Shown piece by piece: positions 30,191 to 39,804 of a DNA stretch of 64,000 bases. Position 1 is the stretch's first letter. Each line of letters starts with the position of its first letter. Source of the stretch: Myxococcota bacterium (GTDB lineage: Bacteria; Myxococcota_A; Bradymonadia; UBA7976; UBA1532); the NCBI GenBank assembly GCA_036337435.1, contig JAYZEG010000006.1:1-64000 (forward strand). The letters run 5' to 3'. The position numbers and the translations under genes were made by a program. A model generated the notes under the pieces. It was not told where the DNA came from, did no database searches, and was given only the letters and a program-made list of their open reading frames with translations.

Positions 30191-30257
30191 GGATGCGATC
30201 GGTTTGTAATTTGCATGTTTATCTACACATAGGCGTTAAAAGGTTTACACTAAGACT

Positions 30258-33116
30258 ATGAAACCATGTTTTCACAGGCGACTTTGCGTCGTTTTTTGGA
30301 TTGCAACCCTCTGCATCTCGTGGGGGTGCGACAATGAAGCGGTGCAGGAAACTGATGCAGCTCTTGTCGATGTGGGCCCAATCCCCGGCGACCAACGCGT
30401 AAATAACCCAGTCGATCTTGGGATTGCATCTGATGCAGCCGAACTGGCAACCCGTCTGAATAGTGTCTTTCCGAATCGTTCAAGTGTTGATGGCGAGATT
30501 GCGATGCGGTTGGTCGGCTCGGAATTCATCGATGGCGTTCAAGTGATGATCGGCGCAGACCCATGCCGTGCGACTGAGGTGCTGAGCAGTAATCACATTC
30601 GCTGCATTGTGCCTGCCGTCGCACAGCCTGGACGGCGTGACGTTAGTGTCATCTGGCCCGACAATGGTGCAATAGAAGTCCTGGAAGATGCTTTTTCATA
30701 CTTCATCCCGCTTGAAGCCGACCGTCTGCAACCCGCGACCAGTCCGGCGACAGGTGGCATTTTGTTAACACTCACTGGGCGTGGCCTCACCGAAGGTACA
30801 GAAGTCTTCTTTGGAACAGAGCGTGTGCGTGTCGAGTCTGCTGATGAAACAGGAGAGTCCGCGCTGGTACGCTGTCCAGAGGGCGAACCCGGTACAGTCG
30901 ATGTAACGGTCAGGAACTTGAATGGAACCGCGGTCATTGAGGATGGGTTTTCTTGGTACGAAGATCTCATGCTTGATTCAGTTGAACCGCCGCTGGGGCG
31001 ACTCGACGGGGGAGAGGTCGTTCGATTGGTCGGCATTGGTTTGTCCGCAAACAGTCAAGTGTATTTTGGGGGACTCGAGGCTGACGTTGTTGAGGCTGGT
31101 TTGGGACGTCGGTCTCTGCGCGTGCAGACGCCAGCAGGGCAAACGCCCGGCAACGTTGATGTGCAGGTCATAAACCCAAGCGGTGAATTCAACCTGCTGA
31201 ATGGCTTTCTCTACGTCGATGAGACCGAAGGCGGTTTCGCCGTCCATGGCATGGTGCCGCGGCGACTGCCTACCGATGGCGGGACTCCGCTCTATGTCGC
31301 CGGTCAGGGCTTTAATGACGATACCCAGGTTTGGGTCGATGATGTTCGACTCAATTGCGTCACTGAGAGTCCGCAGCGCCTGCGATGTACGACTCGTCCA
31401 CACCCTCAAGGATTGGCATCGGTCGTCGTGACTCAAGGTCCAGTGGAGTCCGATTGGCCCAATGCGTTGACATTTTACGCGCCCATTGAAATTTACGATG
31501 TCAGTCCCGCAAGGGGCAGCGTCGCCGGGGGCACCCGTGTCGCGATTGTGGGGCGTGGCTTTGATGAATCGACACGGTTTAGTTTTGAGGACCGAGAGTT
31601 AGACGTCATCGAGCTTATCGATGACCAAAACGTCGTGGCGAGGACACCGGCGCATCGAGCAGGCTGGATTTCTCTGAAAGCCGAATCTGAGTTTACACAA
31701 ACCATCATGCCACTGGCGTTCGAATACTTTGACCCAACAGCCCAGTTCGGCGGCCTCTGGGGTCAACCCATCGACGGGTCATTAAATGTAACCGTGATCG
31801 ATGGTATGTCGGGGGCCCCACTTCCGGGTGCTCAGGTCATCGTGAATAATGTTGGTCAAAATGGTCGATGGACGGCGTTGACCAACGAGCAGGGTCAAGC
31901 AACGGTGTCGGAGCCGGAATTGCGGTTACCCGCGGCCGTCACCGCATCGTTGGCTGAATATACGACGACGACCTTCGAGCGTTTGACCGTTGAAAATGCG
32001 ACCATCGTGTTGATGCCTCAAGTCCCGCCCATGGGCATGGGCGATATGGACCCCATCGAACCGGTTACCCTCGCCGGACAGATTCGGGGACTTGATCTCC
32101 TTGAAAAACCAACCAACGAAGGCTTTGCTTTGGTGTGCTTTGTGGAGACAACGCATTCGGAACCGGGCAATCGGTTAGGTGCATCTCCCCCCTTACCCAA
32201 CGGCTTACTCGTCGAAGATGGCCCATTCGAAATCGTGGTCGGTCCAGGCGAATTTGCTGTGGTTGCCATGGCTGGTTACATCCCGGCGGTCATGAAGATT
32301 GGCTACGAAGAGGGGCAAGTTCCATACTGGACATTCAGAGATGCCTTGCAACCCATACGCATGGGATTGAGACGCTTTGTGACAGCATCACCCGGTGATC
32401 GCTTTGATGATATCGAGATTGCACTTGACTTAGACATGGATGCGAGAGCAGACGTGCGCTTAGGTAACCCGTCGGGTGGGGTTCGAGGTGCGCCTGATTT
32501 ATTTCGTGTCCACGCGATCATTGACCTTGGGTCAGACGGCTTCTTCGACCTGCGCTATCCCTTAAGCGGTGACACGACGCAGTTCGAAGTTGATGCACTC
32601 CCTAATTTGAATGAATGGCCAGACATGGGTATCTCGCTACGGTGGGAAGGAGAAGCTGAGCAAACGAATCAAGATGAACTGTACCGGTATGCATGGGCCG
32701 TGACATCAGTTGACACACTGGATGAAGTCGTCACTATCGGACCTTTTGTTGGCAATATTGAGATTCTGGAACCGAGGCATCAAGGGCAAATGAATCCCTT
32801 CAGATGGGTGGAATGGCGCGGGATTGCTGGAATCGACGGCGCGATGTCACCCACTGAACCAGCGGACCTTCATTTGTCACGGGTGATTTCCGGCCAGACC
32901 ACCCTATGGACACATTGGGTGCCGGGGGCAGCAAACCGATTTCAATTTCCGCAACTGGGTGCGGGCGCGCAAGATCAAGACTTGCCCGAAGGCCCCTTGC
33001 AGCTTAACCTCTATTCCCTGTTGATCGATGGTCCCTTTGAATTTGACGATTTCACGTTCAACGACCTGAATCGACTCAAGGCCTATAGCTTTAGCTACGT
33101 GACCTTCAGGAATTGA
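30258..33116 (+). CDS. Lipoprotein with five IPT/TIG domains and a C-terminal beta-sandwich region
   Basis: Lipobox SWGC; five x-P-x-x-G-x-x-x-GG-x-x-V-x-x-x-G-x-G units each ending in F-x-Y; then a carboxypeptidase-regulatory-like VTVIDGMSGAPLPGAQV...TNEQG segment. Confidence 0.85.
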   Translation: MKPCFHRRLCVVFWIATLCISWGCDNEAVQETDAALVDVGPIPGDQRVNNPVDLGIASDAAELATRLNSVFPNRSSVDGEIAMRLVGSEFIDGVQVMIGADPCRATEVLSSNHIRCIVPAVAQPGRRDVSVIWPDNGAIEVLEDAFSYFIPLEADRLQPATSPATGGILLTLTGRGLTEGTEVFFGTERVRVESADETGESALVRCPEGEPGTVDVTVRNLNGTAVIEDGFSWYEDLMLDSVEPPLGRLDGGEVVRLVGIGLSANSQVYFGGLEADVVEAGLGRRSLRVQTPAGQTPGNVDVQVINPSGEFNLLNGFLYVDETEGGFAVHGMVPRRLPTDGGTPLYVAGQGFNDDTQVWVDDVRLNCVTESPQRLRCTTRPHPQGLASVVVTQGPVESDWPNALTFYAPIEIYDVSPARGSVAGGTRVAIVGRGFDESTRFSFEDRELDVIELIDDQNVVARTPAHRAGWISLKAESEFTQTIMPLAFEYFDPTAQFGGLWGQPIDGSLNVTVIDGMSGAPLPGAQVIVNNVGQNGRWTALTNEQGQATVSEPELRLPAAVTASLAEYTTTTFERLTVENATIVLMPQVPPMGMGDMDPIEPVTLAGQIRGLDLLEKPTNEGFALVCFVETTHSEPGNRLGASPPLPNGLLVEDGPFEIVVGPGEFAVVAMAGYIPAVMKIGYEEGQVPYWTFRDALQPIRMGLRRFVTASPGDRFDDIEIALDLDMDARADVRLGNPSGGVRGAPDLFRVHAIIDLGSDGFFDLRYPLSGDTTQFEVDALPNLNEWPDMGISLRWEGEAEQTNQDELYRYAWAVTSVDTLDEVVTIGPFVGNIEILEPRHQGQMNPFRWVEWRGIAGIDGAMSPTEPADLHLSRVISGQTTLWTHWVPGAANRFQFPQLGAGAQDQDLPEGPLQLNLYSLLIDGPFEFDDFTFNDLNRLKAYSFSYVTFRN

Positions 33117-33132
33117 TGGGTCTCAGTCGGTT

Positions 33133-33984
33133 TCAGTAGCGAGACCGTTGCAACGGCCGCAGCTCGCGTCGTTTGATGCCTGTGCCCCTCAAACGGTCCG
33201 CGTTCGCCTTGGCTTCGTAAAAACAATGCATATCTTCGGTTCGCTTGCAGAAGTCGGCTAAGCGGACAAAGATGACTGGATTATTGGGAAAGTCAACGGC
33301 CAGCTCGTCATAAGTTTGTCTAGCGAGTCGCCGTTGGGCACCCTTTTCTGCTTGTTCGGCCAGCTTAAGTCTTGCCAGTGCATCACTCCGGGTGAATTTG
33401 ACGTGCCGCCCGAGATATTTGATGGCAAGCTTAGGGTGCCCGCGCTTCGCGAATGCGTATCCGAATCGAGAAAAATCCCTCAGTTGCAGCGCATATCGTT
33501 CGTTCGCTAAACGAGCGAACTTGAGCGCATTCGGCACGTCGCCGACATCCAAGCATGCAATTGCGTACTCACGGAGTATGGGGCCATGCATTTCACCATC
33601 CTTGACCAATTGTTCGAGGACGGTCAGCCGTTTTTTTAGTTGGAGCTCCGTATTGAGCAGACAGTCCTCCAAAGCGCGATAGTCTGCGATGTTTTTACGA
33701 CTGAGTCGAGTCGCTTGCCCGATATGGCTTGCTGCTAAAACGCAATTATTTCGACCGAGTAGATCAGCTGCATGTGCGCGGTGTGCATTTGCGAGAAGAG
33801 CCTGAATTTGCTCGTTTTTCGGGTTTTTTTCGTAAAGGGGTTGAAAGCGTTCTACAGCCTTTGCATATCGGCCTTGTCCAAGGTCGTTTTGACCATTGTG
33901 AATCGCGAGAGCGGTGCATCCAATGTGGAAAAGCCCTGACATTAAAATGAAACTCAAGGCCGTTATTTTGTTTGTTTGTCTCAT
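33133..33984 (-). CDS. TPR-like helical-repeat lipoprotein
   Basis: Lipobox HIGC; Ala/Leu-rich helical repeats (GRYAKAVERF...NPKNEQIQALLA). Start moved to ATG 33984 (GGAG RBS). Confidence 0.7.
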   Translation of the reverse strand: MRQTNKITALSFILMSGLFHIGCTALAIHNGQNDLGQGRYAKAVERFQPLYEKNPKNEQIQALLANAHRAHAADLLGRNNCVLAASHIGQATRLSRKNIADYRALEDCLLNTELQLKKRLTVLEQLVKDGEMHGPILREYAIACLDVGDVPNALKFARLANERYALQLRDFSRFGYAFAKRGHPKLAIKYLGRHVKFTRSDALARLKLAEQAEKGAQRRLARQTYDELAVDFPNNPVIFVRLADFCKRTEDMHCFYEAKANADRLRGTGIKRRELRPLQRSRY

Positions 33985-34064
33985 TGTTCTCCGGCAAACC
34001 GCTAACTTGGGTTTACTCCGTTGCGTCTGATGCGCATACTGTACCGGTCTCTTACTTTCGTGCA

Positions 34065-34622
34065 ATGGCTTCGATAACCGTGTGTCTTAAACGACAACTT
34101 TTTATGCTCGCCGTCTCGCTCTTCATACTGGCATGCGGCACTGCACAAGATCGAAACCGAGCACGGCTCACAACTCAGGCACAGGGTCAAAAAGCAAAAA
34201 CTGTCGATTTTACCTTGGAAGATCTTGATAAGAACATCATCCATTTAGCTGACCACCGCGATTCTATTGTTCTCGTCACATACTTCACCACCTGGTGTGC
34301 GCCCTGTGCTGAATTACTCCCGTTACTCAATACGCTGGCAAGCGGACCCGAAGCACTGTCTAATGTAGTTGTCATCGGCATCAGTGTTGATCTTCAACCG
34401 AAGAGGTTATTGCCGACATTCATCGAATCTTGGGAGATTAATTTCCCGGTTGCCATCGCTGACCGAGCCATGTTGCATGGACGTACACCTTTCGGACAAT
34501 TGGTTGCAGTTCCATCGACCCATTTGATAGATCCCAATGGTTATGAAGTGGGTCGATTTGTGGGCGCTGTGCCCATGACGCATTTGCGTCAAAAATTAGA
34601 ATCTTTGGGAGCAAAGAGATGA
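34065..34622 (+). CDS. TlpA/ResA-family thiol-disulfide oxidoreductase lipoprotein
   Basis: DFTLEDL, FTTWCAPC (CxxC), VIGISVD and cis-Pro VPSTHLID; lipobox ILAC. Start at 34065 or 34104. Confidence 0.88.
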   Translation: MASITVCLKRQLFMLAVSLFILACGTAQDRNRARLTTQAQGQKAKTVDFTLEDLDKNIIHLADHRDSIVLVTYFTTWCAPCAELLPLLNTLASGPEALSNVVVIGISVDLQPKRLLPTFIESWEINFPVAIADRAMLHGRTPFGQLVAVPSTHLIDPNGYEVGRFVGAVPMTHLRQKLESLGAKR

Positions 34623-35275
34623 CGGAACTTTTCGAATTCCTACAACGCGGTGGTTTAATCATGTATCCCATCGCAGCCTTCTCCCTCATTGCACTGATGG
34701 TCTTCTTTGAACGCATGTTGGCCTTAAGAACGGAACGGGTTATCCCACGACAACTTTGCATGCATGTCAGACGCAAACTGAACGATGATAAGCCCGCTGA
34801 GGCTCTGGCGTTATGCGAGGCGGATAACTCATCGATGGCCGCGATACTGGCATCGGGCATTCGCCGATATTCGCGCCCACGCGAGACCATTAAAGAAGCC
34901 TTTGAAGAAGTGGGTCGACTCGAGGTCACGTATTTGAATCGATTTGTAGAACTTCTCGGTACGATTGCAGCGGTCACACCGCTGATTGGCCTGCTTGGTA
35001 CAGTCGTTGGGATGATCGATGTTTTCAGAACCGTCGTAGAAGAGGTGGGGGTGAGTGCTGGTGCTGTTAATCCTGGTAGCCTAGCCAATGGAATTTGGGC
35101 AGCCTTGTTGACGACGGCAGCTGGATTGAGCGTCGCGATACCCGCCTACTTAGGGTATCGGTATCTTCTCGCACGGGTTGATAGGCTTGCCATTGAAATG
35201 GAAGAGGTTTCCCTGAGTTTACTGGACGAGATGACGACAGAGCACCCCATCGAGATACCGGTCGAGCCAACATGA
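34619..35275 (+). CDS. exbB: MotA/TolQ/ExbB proton-channel protein
   Basis: GGLIMYPI...ER, TPLIGLLGTVVGMI, GIWAALLTTAAGLSVAIPA. Confidence 0.88.
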   Translation: MTELFEFLQRGGLIMYPIAAFSLIALMVFFERMLALRTERVIPRQLCMHVRRKLNDDKPAEALALCEADNSSMAAILASGIRRYSRPRETIKEAFEEVGRLEVTYLNRFVELLGTIAAVTPLIGLLGTVVGMIDVFRTVVEEVGVSAGAVNPGSLANGIWAALLTTAAGLSVAIPAYLGYRYLLARVDRLAIEMEEVSLSLLDEMTTEHPIEIPVEPT

Positions 35276-35706
35276 ATTTTCGTGTCGGCTCTACAGATGG
35301 CTCGAAACGAAAAGCTGTCGTCGTCGACCTGACGGCCTTGATCGATGTGATCTTTCAGCTCTTAATTTTCTTCTTGCTCACATCGACCTATGTCACTCAG
35401 CAAGCGGCCTCTGCGGCTCAAATTCCTGTGGAGCTTCCAGAATCGAGCTTGTCTGAGACAGCCATCCCACACGAGCAGATGACCATCACCGTGACAGCCA
35501 CGGGAGAGATGCTCTTGGACGTTGACGAAATCGCGGGCGTTGACGAGTTGACTGTACGGCTGTTGGAAGTCAGAGCTAAGAATCCCAAAACCATCGTCCT
35601 TGTCCGTGGTGACCAAGCCGTTCCGTACGGGCGAATCGCGTCTGTACTCGCTGCTATTCGGGCCGCCAACTTGCCTGTCAGTGCTGTTTTGAACACCGCT
35701 GAATGA
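35272..35706 (+). CDS. exbD: ExbD/TolR biopolymer transport protein
   Basis: DLTALIDVIFQLLIFF with the essential Asp; VRGDQAVPYG; ATGA overlap with exbB. Confidence 0.9.
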   Translation: MNFRVGSTDGSKRKAVVVDLTALIDVIFQLLIFFLLTSTYVTQQAASAAQIPVELPESSLSETAIPHEQMTITVTATGEMLLDVDEIAGVDELTVRLLEVRAKNPKTIVLVRGDQAVPYGRIASVLAAIRAANLPVSAVLNTAE

Positions 35707-35899
35707 TGAGAGCAATCAGGCTCTGAAAAGAGAGTCGACGCCTTGTTATTGGTGTTTTCAGGCAGGTTCCCGGAGCCTTTAAATGGCTCGTTCATACTCA
35801 TTTTCTCACATTGTCGGGAAATGTAGACTTTAGTGGTTGAATTGGTCGATCATTCGGGATAACTAGGGTCTTGGGGACGCAGCCGGAGACACCAGTTCA

Positions 35900-36262
35900 G
35901 TGAGAGATGAGCACTCAAGTTCAAACCTGTCTAAAGTTGTGATGGGTCTGCTTCGTCGAAGCCTTTCGGTTGTTTTCATCGGTGTACTTTGCCTCAGTAT
36001 TCTCGCTATTTCTGAATGGTCAATTGACCCTCGTTTGCGCCAAAAAAATGCTGAGCTGCAAGCTCAATTGTCGCGGATCGAACTGAGAGTGCAGCAGCTC
36101 AAAGATGATACGCGACGGTTACGCGACGAAATATCAAGGCTTAAAAGTAATCCGAACGAAACTTTGTACCATGCTAGAAATAGTCTGGGTATGATTCGAC
36201 CAGGTGAAGTCATCTATCGCTTCGATGACCGCCACGCCCAGTCAAGGGACGCATCTCAATGA
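35900..36262 (+). CDS. ftsB: FtsB/DivIC septum-formation initiator
   Basis: Single TM, coiled coil, ARNSLGMIRPGEVIYRF motif. Confidence 0.85.
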   Translation: MRDEHSSSNLSKVVMGLLRRSLSVVFIGVLCLSILAISEWSIDPRLRQKNAELQAQLSRIELRVQQLKDDTRRLRDEISRLKSNPNETLYHARNSLGMIRPGEVIYRFDDRHAQSRDASQ

Positions 36263-38463
36263 ACAAATGGCCGTTGCGACTTCAAGCTGCATGGTCGACG
36301 GTGGAACCTTGGTCGTTAATCGGTATTGGCTTGCTGGGTGTATTGGCCCACGTTTTCGGTCTGTTTACCAAGGGCCAACTCGGCTTAGCCGCATTGAGCG
36401 TCGGAGTTTTGTTGTCCGTTGGCTCGACGATCGACATTCGTAATCGACTCGATAAAACCAAGAATCACCGGCCGTATTTGAATTACGAAGGCCCTCTTTT
36501 GTGGGTTGTGACGCTCTGGTCCGTATCCGCAGTTTTAGGTGCTGGGCGCGGTGAGGTATTTGTTTTCTCCGTCGCTTTGGTCAGTTGGATTTTCGCGACT
36601 CAGTCTCGTCAATCGCGCACGACGGCTTTGATCGCTGCCGTCGGTTTGGAGCTTGCTTTCGTCTTCAATGGCGTAAACGGGATTGAGAATGTTCTCATTC
36701 GTCTCTCAGCCATCGCCTTTGGTTGCTTAGCCCTCGAGAGGTTTGCCTCTGCAGAAGCCTTCCGGACCCGACTTGGTGAGCTCAGGGAACAACATGATCG
36801 GGAGGCGATTCAAACAGAGCGAGCTCGAGACTTTGGCTTGTTGACAGCTCAAGCACCGATTCTCGACGCATTGCCTGCGTTGGGCGGCATGAATAGCAGC
36901 AATGAACAGAATGCACTCGAGTTTCTCGATGACTCATTCGGAGCGACGCTGGAGGCTCTGAGGCTGAGTTTAGATGCAACCTCGGCTGTGATTCTTTGGC
37001 GCAGTACGAATGGGTTTACAAAGAGTGCTCATTCGAGCGTCCGAACCGATGTTATGGACGGTCCATTTCACATTGGAAAAGGGCTTCCTGCCAGTGTTCA
37101 GGGTGAGGTTCGTGAAGTGGCTCTCGAACACGTTCGAGAAAACTATGAAGGCTTGCCGTATTACGTGAAACCCGGCGGCGTTGGGAGTGCATTCGCGCTC
37201 GCAATCGGTGCTGCTGAGGGCGACGGCGCACCACCGTTAGGCGTACTATGCGTCGATCGAGTAGCGTCTGGCGAATGGGCTGAAAATGATCGCACTATCC
37301 TTCGCAAAATTGCCAGGAAGATCGAGTTGGACGTGAAGACCAGCCAAAGGCTGAAAGCGGCAGAAAATGAGAAAAGCATGGTGCGCCGATTCTGTGCGGC
37401 CCTTGGAGAGCTGAATAAATCTCTTGGCATCGATGGAACAGCACAGTCCACTTTTGAAGCCGTACAGGAAATGGCCAATGCAGACTTGATGGTGATCACA
37501 CTCGCTGGAGATAAAGGGCATCGTGTCGTCGCGGCCCGCGGCGTGAATGCACAACATCTGCTCCATATGACTTTTGATGGGCGGGAGTGTCTTGTTGGCA
37601 AAGCAATCGAAGTGCGACAAACATTGCCGTTATCGGGTCGATATCGCGGCCATGGGACCGTATTTGGCCCGGGTGAAGCCATCTCTGATATGCAATCTTT
37701 GATGGTGATTCCTTTGGTGCTACCCAGCGAGACCGCGGCTCGCGCAGCGGAAGGCCGTTCCGAGCAATCTGCGGTCCCAGTTGTCGGCGCTTTGACGGTG
37801 GCTGCTCGCCGTGCGGATGCCTTTCATTCGCCTGCGAGAGAAATGATTCAGCTGATCGCGCGACAAGTCGCCATCAAGTTAGATCTAGCGGATGCCCATG
37901 AACAGATTCGCGAAATGGCAAAAACGGACTCCATGACCGGCCTGGCGAATGAACGCTCGTTCGACCACGCGTTCAGCAATATGTTGAGCCGGGCAGCCCG
38001 CCGAAATGATTCGCTCTGTCTTATCATGACCGATATCGACAAGTTCAAAGTGCTCAATGATACCTATGGGCATCCTTTCGGAGATGAGGTGATTAAGGCG
38101 GTCGCACGATGTTTGCAGAACGCAATTCGGTCAGTCGATTTGGCTGCGCGGATCGGCGGAGAAGAATTTGCGCTACTTCTGGAAGATACCGACCGCGATG
38201 GTGCCTTTGAATTAGCGGAGCGGATTCGCAAAGAGATTCAGGATATGGTCCTACATCATCGGGAAAAAGGGCCTGTGCAATTGACCTTGTCGATGGGGAT
38301 CGCCGAGTTTCCGTCTGCCGGTTTGGACCAACCACAGTTGATGGAAATGGCTGACAAGGCCCTCTACCTTGCTAAGAACAGCGGGCGTAATCAAGTCCGA
38401 CTGTGGTCCGAACTGGAAAATGTACATGCCGAGCAAGTAGCACGCACTGCAGTGAGGCATTAA
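36259..38463 (+). CDS. dmxA: Membrane diguanylate cyclase, TM-GAF-GAF-GGDEF (DmxA-like)
   Basis: About 6 N-terminal TM helices, two GAF-like domains, TDSMTGLAN, DIDKFK..ND.YGH, intact I-site RSVD and GGEEF; ATGA-coupled to ftsB, as described for M. xanthus dmxA. Confidence 0.85.
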   Translation: MNKWPLRLQAAWSTVEPWSLIGIGLLGVLAHVFGLFTKGQLGLAALSVGVLLSVGSTIDIRNRLDKTKNHRPYLNYEGPLLWVVTLWSVSAVLGAGRGEVFVFSVALVSWIFATQSRQSRTTALIAAVGLELAFVFNGVNGIENVLIRLSAIAFGCLALERFASAEAFRTRLGELREQHDREAIQTERARDFGLLTAQAPILDALPALGGMNSSNEQNALEFLDDSFGATLEALRLSLDATSAVILWRSTNGFTKSAHSSVRTDVMDGPFHIGKGLPASVQGEVREVALEHVRENYEGLPYYVKPGGVGSAFALAIGAAEGDGAPPLGVLCVDRVASGEWAENDRTILRKIARKIELDVKTSQRLKAAENEKSMVRRFCAALGELNKSLGIDGTAQSTFEAVQEMANADLMVITLAGDKGHRVVAARGVNAQHLLHMTFDGRECLVGKAIEVRQTLPLSGRYRGHGTVFGPGEAISDMQSLMVIPLVLPSETAARAAEGRSEQSAVPVVGALTVAARRADAFHSPAREMIQLIARQVAIKLDLADAHEQIREMAKTDSMTGLANERSFDHAFSNMLSRAARRNDSLCLIMTDIDKFKVLNDTYGHPFGDEVIKAVARCLQNAIRSVDLAARIGGEEFALLLEDTDRDGAFELAERIRKEIQDMVLHHREKGPVQLTLSMGIAEFPSAGLDQPQLMEMADKALYLAKNSGRNQVRLWSELENVHAEQVARTAVRH

Positions 38464-38487
38464 TGGAGAAAATTGTGAAAGGACGAC

Positions 38488-39801
38488 ATGCGTAAAGTTT
38501 TTGTGTTAGACACGAATGTTTTGCTGCACGATCCCCGTGCGCTCTTCAACTTTGGAAGCCACGATGTGGTGTTGCCCATCTATGTAGTCGAAGAACTCGA
38601 CCAATTCAAAAAAGCGGTCAATGGTCTTGGTCGAAATGCCCGAGCCACGTCGAGAGAACTAGATGCTTTGCGCAAGCTCGGCTGTCTTAGCCAGGGCGTT
38701 CAATTGGATGGTGGGGGTACCTTTCGGGTTGTTTTCCTAACTGACGAAGACGCGACCGGCTCGTTCTTTGCCATGACGAACCAGTACGACAATCTCATTA
38801 TACGTTGTGCCTTACAAATTGCGCGCCTGGAACCCGATGCGAAGGTCACCTTGGTGACAAAAGATACAAATTTGCGAGTGCGGGCGGATGCAATCGGGTT
38901 AATTTCAACCGATTACGATCCCACCCCGGTCGAAATAACGAGTTTGTACAAAGGTCATCGCGAACTTGTCGTCGATGGCTCTGCAATTCGTGAAGCCTTC
39001 AGGGAAGGTCTTCAATATTCAGATGATGATCTCAATGCGAATGAGTACATTACACTGGTCGACGAAGCGAGCGATACCCATCGCGCTCTTGCAAAGTACG
39101 ATAAAGCGGCCAACCGCATCCTCGCACTACCGAAGTTTGATGATCCCGTTTGGGGAATTGTTCCCCGCAATCCAGAGCAGTTATTTGCCTTGGATCTTCT
39201 CCTTGATGACAAAGTTAAAATGGTGACTTTGGTGGGTAAAGCTGGAACGGGTAAGACCCTGTTGGCTTTAGCGGCTGGATTAGCTAAGACCACTGAAGAG
39301 CAGATATATCAGCGTGTTCTCGTCAGCCGGCCCGTCTTCCCTTTGGGTCGAGATATTGGTTTTCTGCCGGGGACGGTCGAAGAAAAACTGGGTCCATGGA
39401 TGAAGCCGATCTATGACAATGTTGAGTTCTTAATGGGACTCACGCGCGGTGGCCGTCGTCGGGGCCAAGGTCCCGAGACATTGGTTGATATGGGCGTCTT
39501 GGAAATCGAGCCGTTGACCTACATTCGCGGTCGCTCCATACCTCGGCAATTTCTCATCGTTGACGAGGCTCAGAACCTAACACCTCATGAAGCGAAAACG
39601 ATTTTGACACGAGCAGGGGAAGGGACAAAGGTCGTTTTCACCGGTGACCCGTACCAAATCGACAATCCATACGTTGATTCCTCGGATAATGGGCTCGTCC
39701 ATCTCGTCCACCGGTTTCGGGACGAAGGACTTGCAGGCACAGTGACCCTGATGAAGGGGGAACGGAGTGAATTGGCCGAACGAGCCGCGAATATCCTCTG
39801 A
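38488..39801 (+). CDS. PIN-PhoH fusion (PhoH2/YlaK-type ATPase-RNase)
   Basis: PIN FVLDTNVLLHDP...EELD...DN...KD; PhoH GKAGTGKT, GFLPG, IRGRS, DEAQN, GDPYQID. Confidence 0.93.
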   Translation: MRKVFVLDTNVLLHDPRALFNFGSHDVVLPIYVVEELDQFKKAVNGLGRNARATSRELDALRKLGCLSQGVQLDGGGTFRVVFLTDEDATGSFFAMTNQYDNLIIRCALQIARLEPDAKVTLVTKDTNLRVRADAIGLISTDYDPTPVEITSLYKGHRELVVDGSAIREAFREGLQYSDDDLNANEYITLVDEASDTHRALAKYDKAANRILALPKFDDPVWGIVPRNPEQLFALDLLLDDKVKMVTLVGKAGTGKTLLALAAGLAKTTEEQIYQRVLVSRPVFPLGRDIGFLPGTVEEKLGPWMKPIYDNVEFLMGLTRGGRRRGQGPETLVDMGVLEIEPLTYIRGRSIPRQFLIVDEAQNLTPHEAKTILTRAGEGTKVVFTGDPYQIDNPYVDSSDNGLVHLVHRFRDEGLAGTVTLMKGERSELAERAANIL

Positions 39802-39804
39802 GCC

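Noticed and set aside
33972..34065. Head-to-head overlap between the TPR and TlpA genes
   Set aside because: It disappears when the signal-peptide-bearing starts (33984 minus, 34065 plus) are used.
38488..39801. PIN-PhoH as a toxin-antitoxin or prophage marker
   Set aside because: No antitoxin-like small gene or phage genes are adjacent; the fusion is a widespread chromosomal family.
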